DNA of 63,637 bases, counting the filler, from Bacteriovoracaceae bacterium (lineage in GTDB: Bacteria; Bdellovibrionota; Bacteriovoracia; Bacteriovoracales; Bacteriovoracaceae), in NCBI GenBank assembly GCA_018649885.1. It is 6 parts of 6 records of this genome, joined end to end, with 100 filler letters (N's around TTAATTAATTAA, not from the genome) between each part and the next. Parts side by side here need not be neighbours in the genome. Positions count along the whole stretch, not along the records: positions 24,290 to 37,463 come from JABIHA010000042.1; positions 37,564 to 44,003 come from JABIHA010000034.1; 4 more parts are not named here. One strand, 5' to 3'. The notes beneath the pieces were generated by a model. The model had not been told where the DNA came from and searched no databases. It saw only the letters and a program-made list of their open reading frames with translations. Made by a program: the position numbers and the translations under genes. The first letter of the stretch is position 1; each line of letters starts with the position of its first letter. This document shows positions 29,001 through 37,984 of this stretch, piece by piece.

Positions 29001-31581
29001 CCCACTTGCCGTCAATTCCATTCAAAAATTCCGTGTGAACAATATGCTTATAGGGATGAACCCTTTTTCCATCGAGCTCTTTATATAACCAAATAGTTTT
29101 TATTTCTTTAAATTGTGACTGAGCTCCGGACCCTTTCATTTGAATGTTTTTCAGCATTCCATGAAGCCTTCCTCTTTTAGCAAAGTAGATGGCCTCTAAG
29201 TCGATGTCACTTGTAAAGTTTCGTACAATCTGCAGCTTTTCTCGCCCTGGAATGACAACACTCTCTGTTGTTTTTCTAAAACCAGTAAACGCCAGAGACT
29301 TAGGGTCTTTATCGATTGTTTGATAGATAAATTCTCTTTCTTCTCTGAGGTGTTTCTCCTCAGGAATTTTGCTGATTTTCTGTGCTACAGGAATGGCATT
29401 TTTAACAGTGTATTTGACACTCTTTCTTCCACCAAATGGACTGTAGAGCTCACTTAAAAGCTTATATCTCGGAGTGGGGGTAATAATTTTTGCCTGATTG
29501 CCAACTAACTGGTGGAGCTTTCCACTAATTTGATTTGAAATTTGCACTGTCTTAGAAAATACAGAAAACTTCCCATTAAAATCGTGATCAATAATAGAAA
29601 GTGGGCCATTAAAACTAACTAAACCAGAGGCCTCAAAAAAACTAGAAAGTAATTCGTTTGAAACCTCAATCTTATGGAAGATCCCACTGCTGCCACCAAG
29701 ATACAAACTCTTTGAAACTAAGATATCAATTTTACCATCTTTATTAGCATCCAGTAAAAAACTATGCTGATGGCAATTAAAAGGAGCATCAGCCCTATTG
29801 AAAGTTGTGCTTCCAACAGCTGTAGCAACTTTTTTTGATTCCGGCTGCTCTTTATAGCTTTGATAGTATATAATCCCTGGCTTACGAGAGCTTTGCTCAA
29901 ATATATTTGTGTATTCACTTCCACTAGCGCCGCTTTCGCCAACAATATTTAAAATCGAAAGAGCAAGGTTACTCAAATAGCTCTTATCATCTCCCGACAC
30001 CTTCTTTCTTTTTCTTTCAAGACCATAGTCTCCCTGACAACTGATAATTTCTTTTTGACCATCACCATTTAAGTCTACAAAGTACTGTCCACTAGAAAAA
30101 CTCTCAAAGTGAAGCTCTTCAACTAACCAGCCTTTTTGACGCCCATTTTTTATATAGGCATGGTATTGAACAGGATCAGGAAAGCTACTAATTGAAAGAT
30201 CACTATCTTGCTCATACACAATCTTGCCACCACTACCGACGATCGCTCGCTCAACTTTTAGTGGCACAGTCATACTGTTGAGCCTCTTCAGAAATGTACT
30301 AGGCCTATGGGCAAGTGGAATTCTAGCTTTCTTATGCTCTTTATCCTCAGCATAAGGAAAATTGAGAACAGTATATTTTAAATAATCGTTTTTAGCTTTT
30401 CTATCAATGGTGAGACGCTCATCTCTGCCATCACCATTTAAGTCTCGATACATGGTGATTAGGTTATCATTTTTTGGAAGAGTGACTATCTCATAGAGTT
30501 TTGCTGCATCTTCTGACTCGCTCTTTAATTGGGGTGAGGTAAACGTTCTAATAGTGTTGTCTTTACTATTTATATTTTTTGACAGGGAATACTCTTCATT
30601 TTCAAAGGCCTGTATACCTTGGTACGATCCTTGAAAAATCGGTAAAACCCCATTTCTGTACCCAACAAAATTCAAGTAATCATCACTATACTTAAATTGA
30701 ATTGTCTTAGAATTTCCATTTTTAAACGACAAATTTAGCTCATTAAACTTTTTTGGAAGGAGTACATGTATATTTCCAAGAGAAGTAGGGATCTCCCTAT
30801 TGCCTTCACCCTCAAAAGTTAATTTATAAATAGAATCATCAGGATAAAGAGATTTCAACACACCATTTTGATATTCAAAGTGCATGGTACTTCCAAAATG
30901 ATCAACAATCTTTCGTACCAGCCCATCAGCACCAAAAACCTGTGAAATCCCTGAAGTCGTCTGATAGACATAACCTTTAGTTTCACTACCACTTACAAAT
31001 TTATAAACGATAGAAAAATCGCCATCTATCAAAGGCCTATATAAAAACGCCTGAAGTTCACTACCATGATCAAGCCCAAGAAACTCTTGAGCCACTTTTT
31101 GCGAAGGCAATGTATAATTAACGGGAACAAAGATAGCACTTGAGCCTACACCCGTGAGTAATATCTCATCTTTTCCAAACCCACTTTGCTCCTGAAGACT
31201 AGGAATCCCTGCTTTCCATCCAATCCCAAAACCTTCATTTACTTGATTGAGAGAATTATAGCTAAAGCGAAGAGAATTAAAACCAAGTGTAGTAGGGGGA
31301 AGAGGGATTTCAAAACTATGTTTGAGTGCCCCTCTATTTGTATTTACTTCGAGCACAGGATTAAAAAAGAAGGAATCATTCTTAAATTGACTAGCTCCCT
31401 TTCCAAAAGATCCATTAAACCCTTGAAAAACTACTTGAGGCCCTAAATTGATACCTGTACTACTTCCTGAACCAGATGAAGAGGAACCACTATCATTTCC
31501 TGGATTGTCATGTTTCCCAGGAGCTGCCATCAAAACTGATAGGCAGCTAAACATAGAGATGAAAAGTGCTACTAATTTCAC
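26041..31581 (-). CDS. Sec-exported SpvB/FG-GAP/RHS-repeat polymorphic toxin
   Basis: Signal peptide; SpvB-like start (G.L..SFEIPLPP..L.FSYNS..GFGIGW); DLNGDG/DANKDG FG-GAP motifs; YD repeats; RHS core R.Y....QWLTVDP..RYAGGDPLGFVDPSG; ~154-aa basic C-terminal domain. Confidence 0.9.
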   Translation of the reverse strand: MKLVALFISMFSCLSVLMAAPGKHDNPGNDSGSSSSGSGSSTGINLGPQVVFQGFNGSFGKGASQFKNDSFFFNPVLEVNTNRGALKHSFEIPLPPTTLGFNSLRFSYNSLNQVNEGFGIGWKAGIPSLQEQSGFGKDEILLTGVGSSAIFVPVNYTLPSQKVAQEFLGLDHGSELQAFLYRPLIDGDFSIVYKFVSGSETKGYVYQTTSGISQVFGADGLVRKIVDHFGSTMHFEYQNGVLKSLYPDDSIYKLTFEGEGNREIPTSLGNIHVLLPKKFNELNLSFKNGNSKTIQFKYSDDYLNFVGYRNGVLPIFQGSYQGIQAFENEEYSLSKNINSKDNTIRTFTSPQLKSESEDAAKLYEIVTLPKNDNLITMYRDLNGDGRDERLTIDRKAKNDYLKYTVLNFPYAEDKEHKKARIPLAHRPSTFLKRLNSMTVPLKVERAIVGSGGKIVYEQDSDLSISSFPDPVQYHAYIKNGRQKGWLVEELHFESFSSGQYFVDLNGDGQKEIISCQGDYGLERKRKKVSGDDKSYLSNLALSILNIVGESGASGSEYTNIFEQSSRKPGIIYYQSYKEQPESKKVATAVGSTTFNRADAPFNCHQHSFLLDANKDGKIDILVSKSLYLGGSSGIFHKIEVSNELLSSFFEASGLVSFNGPLSIIDHDFNGKFSVFSKTVQISNQISGKLHQLVGNQAKIITPTPRYKLLSELYSPFGGRKSVKYTVKNAIPVAQKISKIPEEKHLREEREFIYQTIDKDPKSLAFTGFRKTTESVVIPGREKLQIVRNFTSDIDLEAIYFAKRGRLHGMLKNIQMKGSGAQSQFKEIKTIWLYKELDGKRVHPYKHIVHTEFLNGIDGKWVHVTDQKFEYENWSANFIPLKSRSVFLEQGNGNIPENVYDENTYLLFKSSSYVDLFNPALHLKKRQSIHSVSSNAKVIEAPTYYRYSEDLKNLLNISKGDIQTEYIYDSRGRTSLVQKLPGGLSSFHYLGSTTLPSQSEGLGKILSFEYDNLDQGHTRQISDSGITTQNAYTVDGILLESVSFSADKKSLGMKVTPPSQIKCSESEMGICLEKSLFVHEYGVDKQIELNSFGHAVQEIFDISGKKYFSAKSEFNSKKDLLTTVSAKFEEAKQNDIEATYLYDHSGRPTYSYKRAMDKPSEKLPLNKHIYTGLCRYSRPFDSFNDKAFEKVCKNTLGTPLYSQLGDERVVIESNYLGEITKVGDIEYAYDKNNMLSFTKSDDPKLGIYNEEFFKTSIQSNSVRKVYPHGEVAIFDQYLRPKSTSNTGLDFKFEYDKDLLSSVSMTDYFSGDEFGIFYSYDTLERLSLISAGIYSKELRYDDYGQVHGEKVQFGDHKLDLTYEYSAGLLVGGNLVTNIEYQKDLFLKKVSFANSHSMEIERDPIFGDILSIRYLRGEKNIFQRVIEKDHHRKTIKRSDSLLGGAHLENHFSYDNHPFHLDYSKKTVQRDSSGNLQSHKGLQVKYARNLPVQITKSGSKIVNYFDLSGGFLGGCPKGVSLSVDSKSCFVVLGDGEILVKSHHLKLVRHLGLPLALYINSVPFIPLSDELGSVVGLVDPKQGKVLFYREFSAHGKKEVSYPEGKDYLVGALGIGAEKLEQLVAFSFALLLENPLLTKSSQPLYHSKSRIYSSYAKQWLTVDPLVKYNPTKIAMTPGNWDSTRYAGGDPLGFVDPSGHCAGCDPGIAKVDRNRIIDHSSAKPTPGNMMAGEHPWDGSDRMLGVAAKTFIGIGLGKILGNLLGLNKLSMKPLKNATGKKNGWTLSKGNSYGSKPRLDYQQLPSAGKGAKGLANFAKGKKLLHYHRRGNGGIGLHRPWQTKDSWGWKGLWKRF

Positions 31582-34286
31582 TCACTCACTCCATTACTTC
31601 CGGCCGCTCCAACTTCACCAAATAGTGGCTCAGGGGAGTTATTATTTCCACAAGCTCCTGGAGCGCCAGCTTCACCACCTCTACCAGGTGCCGTGAATCT
31701 ATTAAATAAAACTTTATGCAACTCCTTTTCATTTATATAATCAGAATCCTTTGTGATAATTAACTCATTGCCAGCAGCACCAACCCCACCATTTCCACCT
31801 CGCCCATTTTTTTTATAAGCAAAAACGGTATCAATTGTAAGTACATTACTTCGAGCTCCTGCATGACGTGGATCCTGAACTCCTCCACATCTTCTCTTAG
31901 GTGCCTGATCAGCTCGTATCTCACGATCGATGACTGATTCGGGGTACTGCCAGCTACGCCCGTTTACACTATTTTCTACAGACGATTTTCCATAACATCC
32001 TGCTTGTCCCGCCATCCTTCCAAGCACCCAACCTGTTAGTAATGCATAACCTTCATCGACACCACCACGACAATAAGGACTATCAAAACCTTGAGAACCG
32101 TTTCCTCCCTGACCTCCCACTGAATATAGAAGAGGAATTGATTTTATTTCCTGAACTTGTTGTAGTTCAATAGTCCCTGCGCGACTTCCATTACTGCCTG
32201 TTGCCTGTTGTTCAGGATTGACAATTGAAGAGTGGTTGAGAGTGAACTTCCCAAAGCACCCCACATAGCTAGCTGGTTGTGGGTAATTACAATAGTAATT
32301 CCCAGGATTTATATTGGCTTGATGAACCATGTGTCTTGTAGGGTGTGTACCACTATTGCTATCATATTCCTTAGAGACCGTTTCTCCTTTTAATCCTGAA
32401 GTATCTATCCACAACTCATGAACTTCAGAAACATTTGATAGAGTCACATTTTTCCCTGGAGCATAAATCATTGCCAGTGGACTCATCTTCAACTTTCCAT
32501 TAAAAATAATCATATCTTTTTCAATGAAGTATATACCAGGCTTAGTAAATGTGATGTTACAACTTGAGCTATCTGCACTTGATGAACAAAGATTGATTTC
32601 AATTTTAGATGCCTTTTCATTTTCTTCGACAGCACCCCTAAGACCTTCTTTGCCATGTAAGCTTCTCATCGAGCTTCTTCCATCAACTTCTTTATCCTTA
32701 TATTCTTTATTTACAATTGAATCCATTGTAAGTGATTTATTGAATTTAAAATTCAGCGTTTCAACAAGATCACGCCTTATTTCTTCGTATAACGGAATTA
32801 ACTCATTACTTGGATCTTCAACCGGTTGATAGTTAGAAAAGTTTTTATACTCAATAAAATGTTTTTTAAATTCAACTTTGTAGGCCCCTAGTTGAAATAG
32901 GTAAGCCTGACGTTGCCTGGCCGGAAGATTGATAATGAGGCCATCCTCTTCTTCAGTAGGTGTACTCGCAGTAAAAATTCCTGCACGATCTTCAATCCCT
33001 TTTTCTACTTGAAGAAGGTAGTCGTTTGAATTCATTGCAAAAGGATAGAGTTTTTCACTTACATCTCTTTTAGTAAGCATAAGCCCTTTATTATAATAAA
33101 TGGCCGTATAAGGGTGAGTGATTAATTGGGTGATTTTATCCTTTGTAAGATCGTCTCCATTTAATATAGAGGTGTAATGCGAGCGCTTTACTCCGTAGTT
33201 ACAATATCTAACTCCATAAGATGTATTGCCAATCCTGTGAGTGAGCAGAAACATAAGCTTATGCATTTTTTCTTCAAAGGCCTCAATATATGTATTCTTA
33301 TTGAAGTTTGCCTCCCAATGTCTGCGTGGAAGATCAAATAGGGTGTTGTATAAATCTATTGCCTTAAAGGCCTTCTTTGTTAGTCTCTTTTCTGATTTTG
33401 GGTGGCCAAGAGAGCATATCCCAAATTGTGTGTGCTCTTTAACAGAATCAAGCATAGTTTTTGTAATCAAAACATCTGCCGGGTTTTTCACAAGCTGTGT
33501 TAGTGCATTTTGATAAAGCTCCTGATCTTTCAGTGAATATCCTCTTTGAAGATATACTGATGAAAGTAGGGGAGATAAAAGTTTGGCCATCAATTGATCT
33601 GGGAAAATATTTTTATATAGGTGAGATCTAAAAAAGATAGTAGAGCTACTCTTACTCTCGTCTATATAATGCTCAATTCTTTTTCTGATATACTCGGCTA
33701 TTTTAGGTTCAACTTTTTTAATATCTTCATCGCTATAAAGCTCTTCAATCATAGAAATAATGACTCTTTCATGACGATCAGAAATAGTCGCAACACCTGC
33801 TATCATGGCATCTATGGGTCTCACCGAAGTTGAGTCAAACATCAATGATTTATCTTCGATTTTTATCCCAGTCATTGCTCCTACCGCTTGATAAGGATTT
33901 ACCGTGATTAGTTTCGCTAAACGCTTCCCAAATTCACGGGCCTTTTTATTTGTCAGTCTGATAGAGACATTTTGATTTTCTTCACTTACTTCCGAAAGCT
34001 TACTTTCGAGTACCAACAACGACTCAATTTGGGAGTCTGTAGCACTCTTGAAATCCGACATTTGCTGCTGCCAAAATTCAAGAACTTCCTTTTTTTCTTC
34101 AGGCTCTTTTTCTTCACAATCAGCTAGCTCGCACTTAGCTTGATCTTTTAGATCCGTCGTAGTCTCAACTTCTACTTCTACAATTTCTTTGACCTTCACT
34201 TCCTTCGTACACGATAGTCCAAGTACCAAAGCAAGCACAATAAGAAGCATCTTGTTTGTTACATTAATTCTAGATTCACTTTTCAT
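31578..34286 (-). CDS. Large lipoprotein with Gly-rich (GxGGxG) C-terminal repeats, coupled to the RHS gene
   Basis: Lipobox-like LVLGLSC; GGQGGNG, GRGGNGG and GRGGEAG repeats; 4-bp GTGA overlap with the RHS start. Confidence 0.8.
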   Translation of the reverse strand: MKSESRINVTNKMLLIVLALVLGLSCTKEVKVKEIVEVEVETTTDLKDQAKCELADCEEKEPEEKKEVLEFWQQQMSDFKSATDSQIESLLVLESKLSEVSEENQNVSIRLTNKKAREFGKRLAKLITVNPYQAVGAMTGIKIEDKSLMFDSTSVRPIDAMIAGVATISDRHERVIISMIEELYSDEDIKKVEPKIAEYIRKRIEHYIDESKSSSTIFFRSHLYKNIFPDQLMAKLLSPLLSSVYLQRGYSLKDQELYQNALTQLVKNPADVLITKTMLDSVKEHTQFGICSLGHPKSEKRLTKKAFKAIDLYNTLFDLPRRHWEANFNKNTYIEAFEEKMHKLMFLLTHRIGNTSYGVRYCNYGVKRSHYTSILNGDDLTKDKITQLITHPYTAIYYNKGLMLTKRDVSEKLYPFAMNSNDYLLQVEKGIEDRAGIFTASTPTEEEDGLIINLPARQRQAYLFQLGAYKVEFKKHFIEYKNFSNYQPVEDPSNELIPLYEEIRRDLVETLNFKFNKSLTMDSIVNKEYKDKEVDGRSSMRSLHGKEGLRGAVEENEKASKIEINLCSSSADSSSCNITFTKPGIYFIEKDMIIFNGKLKMSPLAMIYAPGKNVTLSNVSEVHELWIDTSGLKGETVSKEYDSNSGTHPTRHMVHQANINPGNYYCNYPQPASYVGCFGKFTLNHSSIVNPEQQATGSNGSRAGTIELQQVQEIKSIPLLYSVGGQGGNGSQGFDSPYCRGGVDEGYALLTGWVLGRMAGQAGCYGKSSVENSVNGRSWQYPESVIDREIRADQAPKRRCGGVQDPRHAGARSNVLTIDTVFAYKKNGRGGNGGVGAAGNELIITKDSDYINEKELHKVLFNRFTAPGRGGEAGAPGACGNNNSPEPLFGEVGAAGSNGVSE

Positions 34287-34540
34287 AAAAACCCCAATAT
34301 TTGTTTGTATTAACATTCATTTTTTACGCAAACTTCCAAATGACACACATTTGGAGTTCAACTTGTTACTAGATTTTGTAGATAACAAATATTACCTTCA
34401 ATCCTAAGGCCGCTGAAAATTCGCTATAGAATTTGAAAAATCTATAGACTTTAAGCGCAGCTCTACACTCTCAAGTTACTAAAATGAGTTAATAATTTAT
34501 TAACTAAATTTAAACTTTTTCAAAAATCCAACTACCTACG

Positions 34541-35161
34541 CTAGGGTAGTGGAAATATCAGCCTAATCTCGGTTCCAACCCCTTCAATAGAAGTGATGGA
34601 CATATTTCCCCCAGATTTATACATATACGTTCTCGCATGGCTTAACCCAAGGCCTTGACCTCTGGTTTTCCCCCATGAAAAAGAACTCTGATTCAGCTTC
34701 TCCAATATTTCACAAGGAATGCCCTTCCCGTTATCAGAAACCTTCACGATTACCGAATCCTTGTCACATTTAAGTGCTATATGTACTACTTTTTTTTCAT
34801 TATCTGATATGGCCTCAATGGCGTTATTGATTATATTTGATAAAACTCTTTTAAACCCAAACTCACTAACCTGAAGCCTCGTAACCGGGCCAGTCTTACT
34901 AAGAGTAATATTTTGAAAGTCGTGCTCGACTATCTTCTCACTAATAATTTCCTGCAAGGCCCTCCCCACACAAAACCTATTAAACTTTTTTCCTTTCTCC
35001 ATACATCTAAAGGATGTCGTAATATCCACTAACCTCTTCAAGGCCAACCCTGCTATATCCTTCCCTTGCACACTATCCATCTGCTCAGTACCAATTATTG
35101 AATCCAAAACTGCAAGCGGCGAACTAATATCATGCAAAAACTGCGCAACTTCCCTACTCAT
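34541..35161 (-). CDS. Minimal histidine kinase (HisKA + HATPase, no sensor domain)
   Basis: AQFLHDISSPL, RVLSNIINNA, DNGKGI, GQGLGL and GTEI motifs; GAGGGG RBS before ATG 35161. Confidence 0.85.
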   Translation of the reverse strand: MSREVAQFLHDISSPLAVLDSIIGTEQMDSVQGKDIAGLALKRLVDITTSFRCMEKGKKFNRFCVGRALQEIISEKIVEHDFQNITLSKTGPVTRLQVSEFGFKRVLSNIINNAIEAISDNEKKVVHIALKCDKDSVIVKVSDNGKGIPCEILEKLNQSSFSWGKTRGQGLGLSHARTYMYKSGGNMSITSIEGVGTEIRLIFPLP

Positions 35162-35266
35162 ACAAAATCCCCTCATTTCGATTTTCATTTTGCACACAAA
35201 ACCCCTCCGTCTTATGTGCAAAATGTATATATTTACGAACAAAACATTGTAGTCAAAACTTCAATC

Positions 35267-35449
35267 CTATACATCCCCTGTAGATCTTGTCTTGACTCCA
35301 CCGCCTCCAGTACCTGTAGATCGAATCTCTTTCGGACCCTCAAGATCATCATTCCCATTTCCTCTTTTACCAATCGCTTCATCTCGATCACCATCAGCAA
35401 ATACGTTCACAGTCATTAATAAGCCCATACATAAAATTAAAATCTTCAT
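35267..35449 (-). CDS. Small secreted Gly-rich peptide precursor (paralog A)
   Basis: GGAG RBS; MKILILCMGLLMTVNVFA signal; mature part DGDRD..RSTGTGGGG..RSTGDV. Confidence 0.75.
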   Translation of the reverse strand: MKILILCMGLLMTVNVFADGDRDEAIGKRGNGNDDLEGPKEIRSTGTGGGGVKTRSTGDV

Positions 35450-35505
35450 TTCTACTCCTAATTTTTCATTTAAAATATTTATTGAAAACTTGCTTGCCTT
35501 AAGGT

Positions 35506-35682
35506 CTATGCACCACGTACACTTCTTTCCCCAGGACCACCGTCACCAGTAGATCTAGTTCCTTGTATCCCACCACCAGAGTCACCTCCAATTTGCTTTC
35601 CACCTATGTCTTTGTCTCTATCGCCTTTTGCAAAAACATTTAAGGCCAAAATCATACTCAAACATAAAATTAAAAATTTCAT
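35506..35682 (-). CDS. Small secreted Gly-rich peptide precursor (paralog B), absent from the ORF track
   Basis: GGAGAGG RBS; translates to MKFLILCLSMILALNVFA-KGDRDKDIGGKQIGGDSGGGIQGTRSTGDGGPGERSVRGA* (58 aa), clearly paralogous to 35267-35449. Confidence 0.75.
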   Translation of the reverse strand: MKFLILCLSMILALNVFAKGDRDKDIGGKQIGGDSGGGIQGTRSTGDGGPGERSVRGA

Positions 35683-35764
35683 ATCCTCTCCATTTGTTAA
35701 GTTTGTAACGCTACATAATTGCAGTTGCGTTTATTTTTCAATGAAAAAAAAAGTTTTTGAATAA

Positions 35765-35878
35765 TTTGTCCATCAGGCTGATGGACTTTTACATTTCGAG
35801 AGGAACCAAATTCCTTCAACTGATTGAAAATCTAATTTTTTTGTCCATCAGGCCGAGAGATTTCATCATTGTGATGGA
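35765..35878. promoter_or_regulatory. Candidate operator sites in the divergent promoter region
   Basis: Perfect palindrome GTCCATCAG-G-CTGATGGAC (35768-35786) and a second TTTGTCCATCAGGC copy (35840-35853). Confidence 0.55.
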
Positions 35879-36133
35879 TTAAGAATGAAATCTAAAAAGT
35901 TAGAAAAATAATTTGATGAAATATGAGTCAGTATTTTTCAAAGCACAGTAGGCTATAGAATTATTCAAAATTGAAAAACTTAGCTTCTAAAATGGTAAAT
36001 TTTTTCTAAACTTTAATTAACCAACGATATTTCAACGACTTACAATGCAAAATAATTACAAATAATGCGCCGAAGGGTGTCTTCTTCTATTCGCTTCTAT
36101 ATAACAAGCCAACTAAAAAAATGGGAGCTCCTA

Positions 36134-36916
36134 GTGGAGTTGAGTCAAGAGACTTTGTGCCAATTGCTGGCAGACAAGGTGAGGGCATACAAAGTCCAAA
36201 ATCCTGAAAAACATTCATATACGTATATGGCTGGAAGAGCTGGCGTCTCAGCGAGCTTTGTAGAAAGGGCTTATAAAAAACAATTAACTTCATTTGATCC
36301 AAAAAGAACCGTATCTCTTGCAAAATTTGTATGCACCGAAGAAGAAACTAAATCAGTGGCAGACTATTTCGCAGACAAGTTTATCCAAGAAAATTCAGAT
36401 ATTCTACAAGATGCAATTTACGAAAAATTTATAAAGAAAAATCAAAGCGGGATTCCTGCTGAATTAAATAGACTTCTCGTTCAAGAGAATACCGCTATTA
36501 TATATAACTTATCTTGCCTTGGAGCTGGGGTTTCGGAAGAAACTGCACAAAAGCTTTTTGGGGTTTCAGGATTAGAGGCTTTAGAATCACTTTCATCTAA
36601 AGGGTTTATAAAAAAAGAAGAAGACCGTTTCAAGGGCCAATATGATAATATTTCAGCTAGTTTTGAGGCTGTTAAGGCTCAGCTAGGATTTTTTTCAAAG
36701 TTGTATAAGCCACAAAATGTTGGAAAGAAGAAAAATTATGCTTTTATCATAACTCAAAAAATGAGTCATGATGGTATTATAGAAGCTCAAGAGGCTTACC
36801 GTGAATTTCACACTAGAATTAGAAATATTAAAGATAGAAATCCTGGAGAAAATGATCACTTCATGGTCGGCTTTATGGATAACTTTCTCACAGAAGAGAA
36901 AGGGGGAATAAAATGA
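36134..36916 (+). CDS. HTH regulator, TIGR02147/DUF4423-like
   Basis: N-terminal HTH (SYTYMAGRAGVSASFVER), central winged-helix-like part (ALESLSSKGFIK), C-terminal 'EF..RI' region; GGGAG RBS before GTG 36134. Confidence 0.65.
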   Translation: MELSQETLCQLLADKVRAYKVQNPEKHSYTYMAGRAGVSASFVERAYKKQLTSFDPKRTVSLAKFVCTEEETKSVADYFADKFIQENSDILQDAIYEKFIKKNQSGIPAELNRLLVQENTAIIYNLSCLGAGVSEETAQKLFGVSGLEALESLSSKGFIKKEEDRFKGQYDNISASFEAVKAQLGFFSKLYKPQNVGKKKNYAFIITQKMSHDGIIEAQEAYREFHTRIRNIKDRNPGENDHFMVGFMDNFLTEEKGGIK

Positions 36917-37227
36917 AATTTTCTTATATGGCCCCAGTTTTACTAATTTTTTCACTTAGCGTTCAGGCAAACTCCACTTTGCTAAGGTTACTTGATGAAA
37001 AAGTAGATCGTGTCATTTTAAAATCAAGAGTTAGCTACACACCTCAGGAAATTAAGAAAGTATATTCTCGAATCAGAGGAAATGAAGATCTATCAGGCAT
37101 AGATTCTATTGAACTGTATGATGGCACTACAATTACAAAGAAAGAAATTCGCAGTGTTGAATCATATGATGGTCGTGACTTCATGCAAATGGCTAAAAGT
37201 GGTGGCCAAGATAGTGGTGGCGGTTGA
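36913..37227 (+). CDS. Small secreted protein ending in GGQDSGGG
   Basis: ATGA overlap with the regulator, signal peptide ending VQA, IDSIELYDG motif. Confidence 0.75.
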   Translation: MKFSYMAPVLLIFSLSVQANSTLLRLLDEKVDRVILKSRVSYTPQEIKKVYSRIRGNEDLSGIDSIELYDGTTITKKEIRSVESYDGRDFMQMAKSGGQDSGGG

Positions 37228-37345
37228 TATAGCCGACCTGAGCCTATACTTGCGCATAATTTTTCTATGAACTGAGCTTTGGATTAATTTTTCAGCTACT
37301 AAAAACCTTGTGATTTTTCTTACTACGACTTTTCACCCAGATAAG

Positions 37346-37463
37346 AACACAATATAAAGCTGAAAGAGCAATTGTGACTGTCCCTCTACTAGTATTACCC
37401 ATCCCAAAATCCCAAATTAATGAAATAGGAACGATTGAACTCATAAACAATGCAGAGAGCGAT
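37346..37463 (+). repeat. 118-bp direct terminal repeat of fragment 2 (right copy)
   Basis: Identical to 24290-24407. Confidence 0.95.
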
Positions 37464-37563
37464 NNNNNNNNNNNNNNNNNNNNNNNNNNNNNNNNNNNNN
37501 NNNNNNNTTAATTAATTAANNNNNNNNNNNNNNNNNNNNNNNNNNNNNNNNNNNNNNNNNNNN
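37464..37563. other. Artificial contig spacer
   Basis: N44-TTAATTAATTAA-N44. Confidence 0.99.
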
Positions 37564-37975
37564 GCCTCTTTTTTCTGAATAATTCAAGACGGTTTTTTGA
37601 CAATTGACTTACTGTAATGTCTCCAATGCCTTCTACGCAAATTCTGAGGCATTTTTTAATACTCGAAAAACTTCTTCTTTGCTTTACTTCTGATAAATCA
37701 AGATACCATTCTCTCAGACCTCCTAGAGTAACAATAGTATTCTTATTTTTGCGGATATTCCTACCTTCCGCTTTAGCAGTTTGAATCTCTCTTAAACGAT
37801 TCTCGGCAGCCTGCTTGCTCCTGCCAATTCGTTCTCTAGTACGTTTACCTTCTAAATAGTATTCAATCCAATAATTCTTGGAGCTAGCCTTTTGGACATT
37901 GTGACCACATTTACATATCTTTCTTTTAAGTCCACCTCTTATCCTGCATGCTGAACACTCAACTAAGATACCCAT
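37564..37975 (-). CDS. Tyrosine integrase, N-terminal part (truncated by contig end)
   Basis: Zn-ribbon CxxC..CxC, YWIEYY..GKR.RE.IG.SK..AE arm-binding pattern, then the start of a SAM-like core-binding domain; catalytic domain not in view. Confidence 0.7.
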
Positions 37976-37984
37976 TTTTACTCC

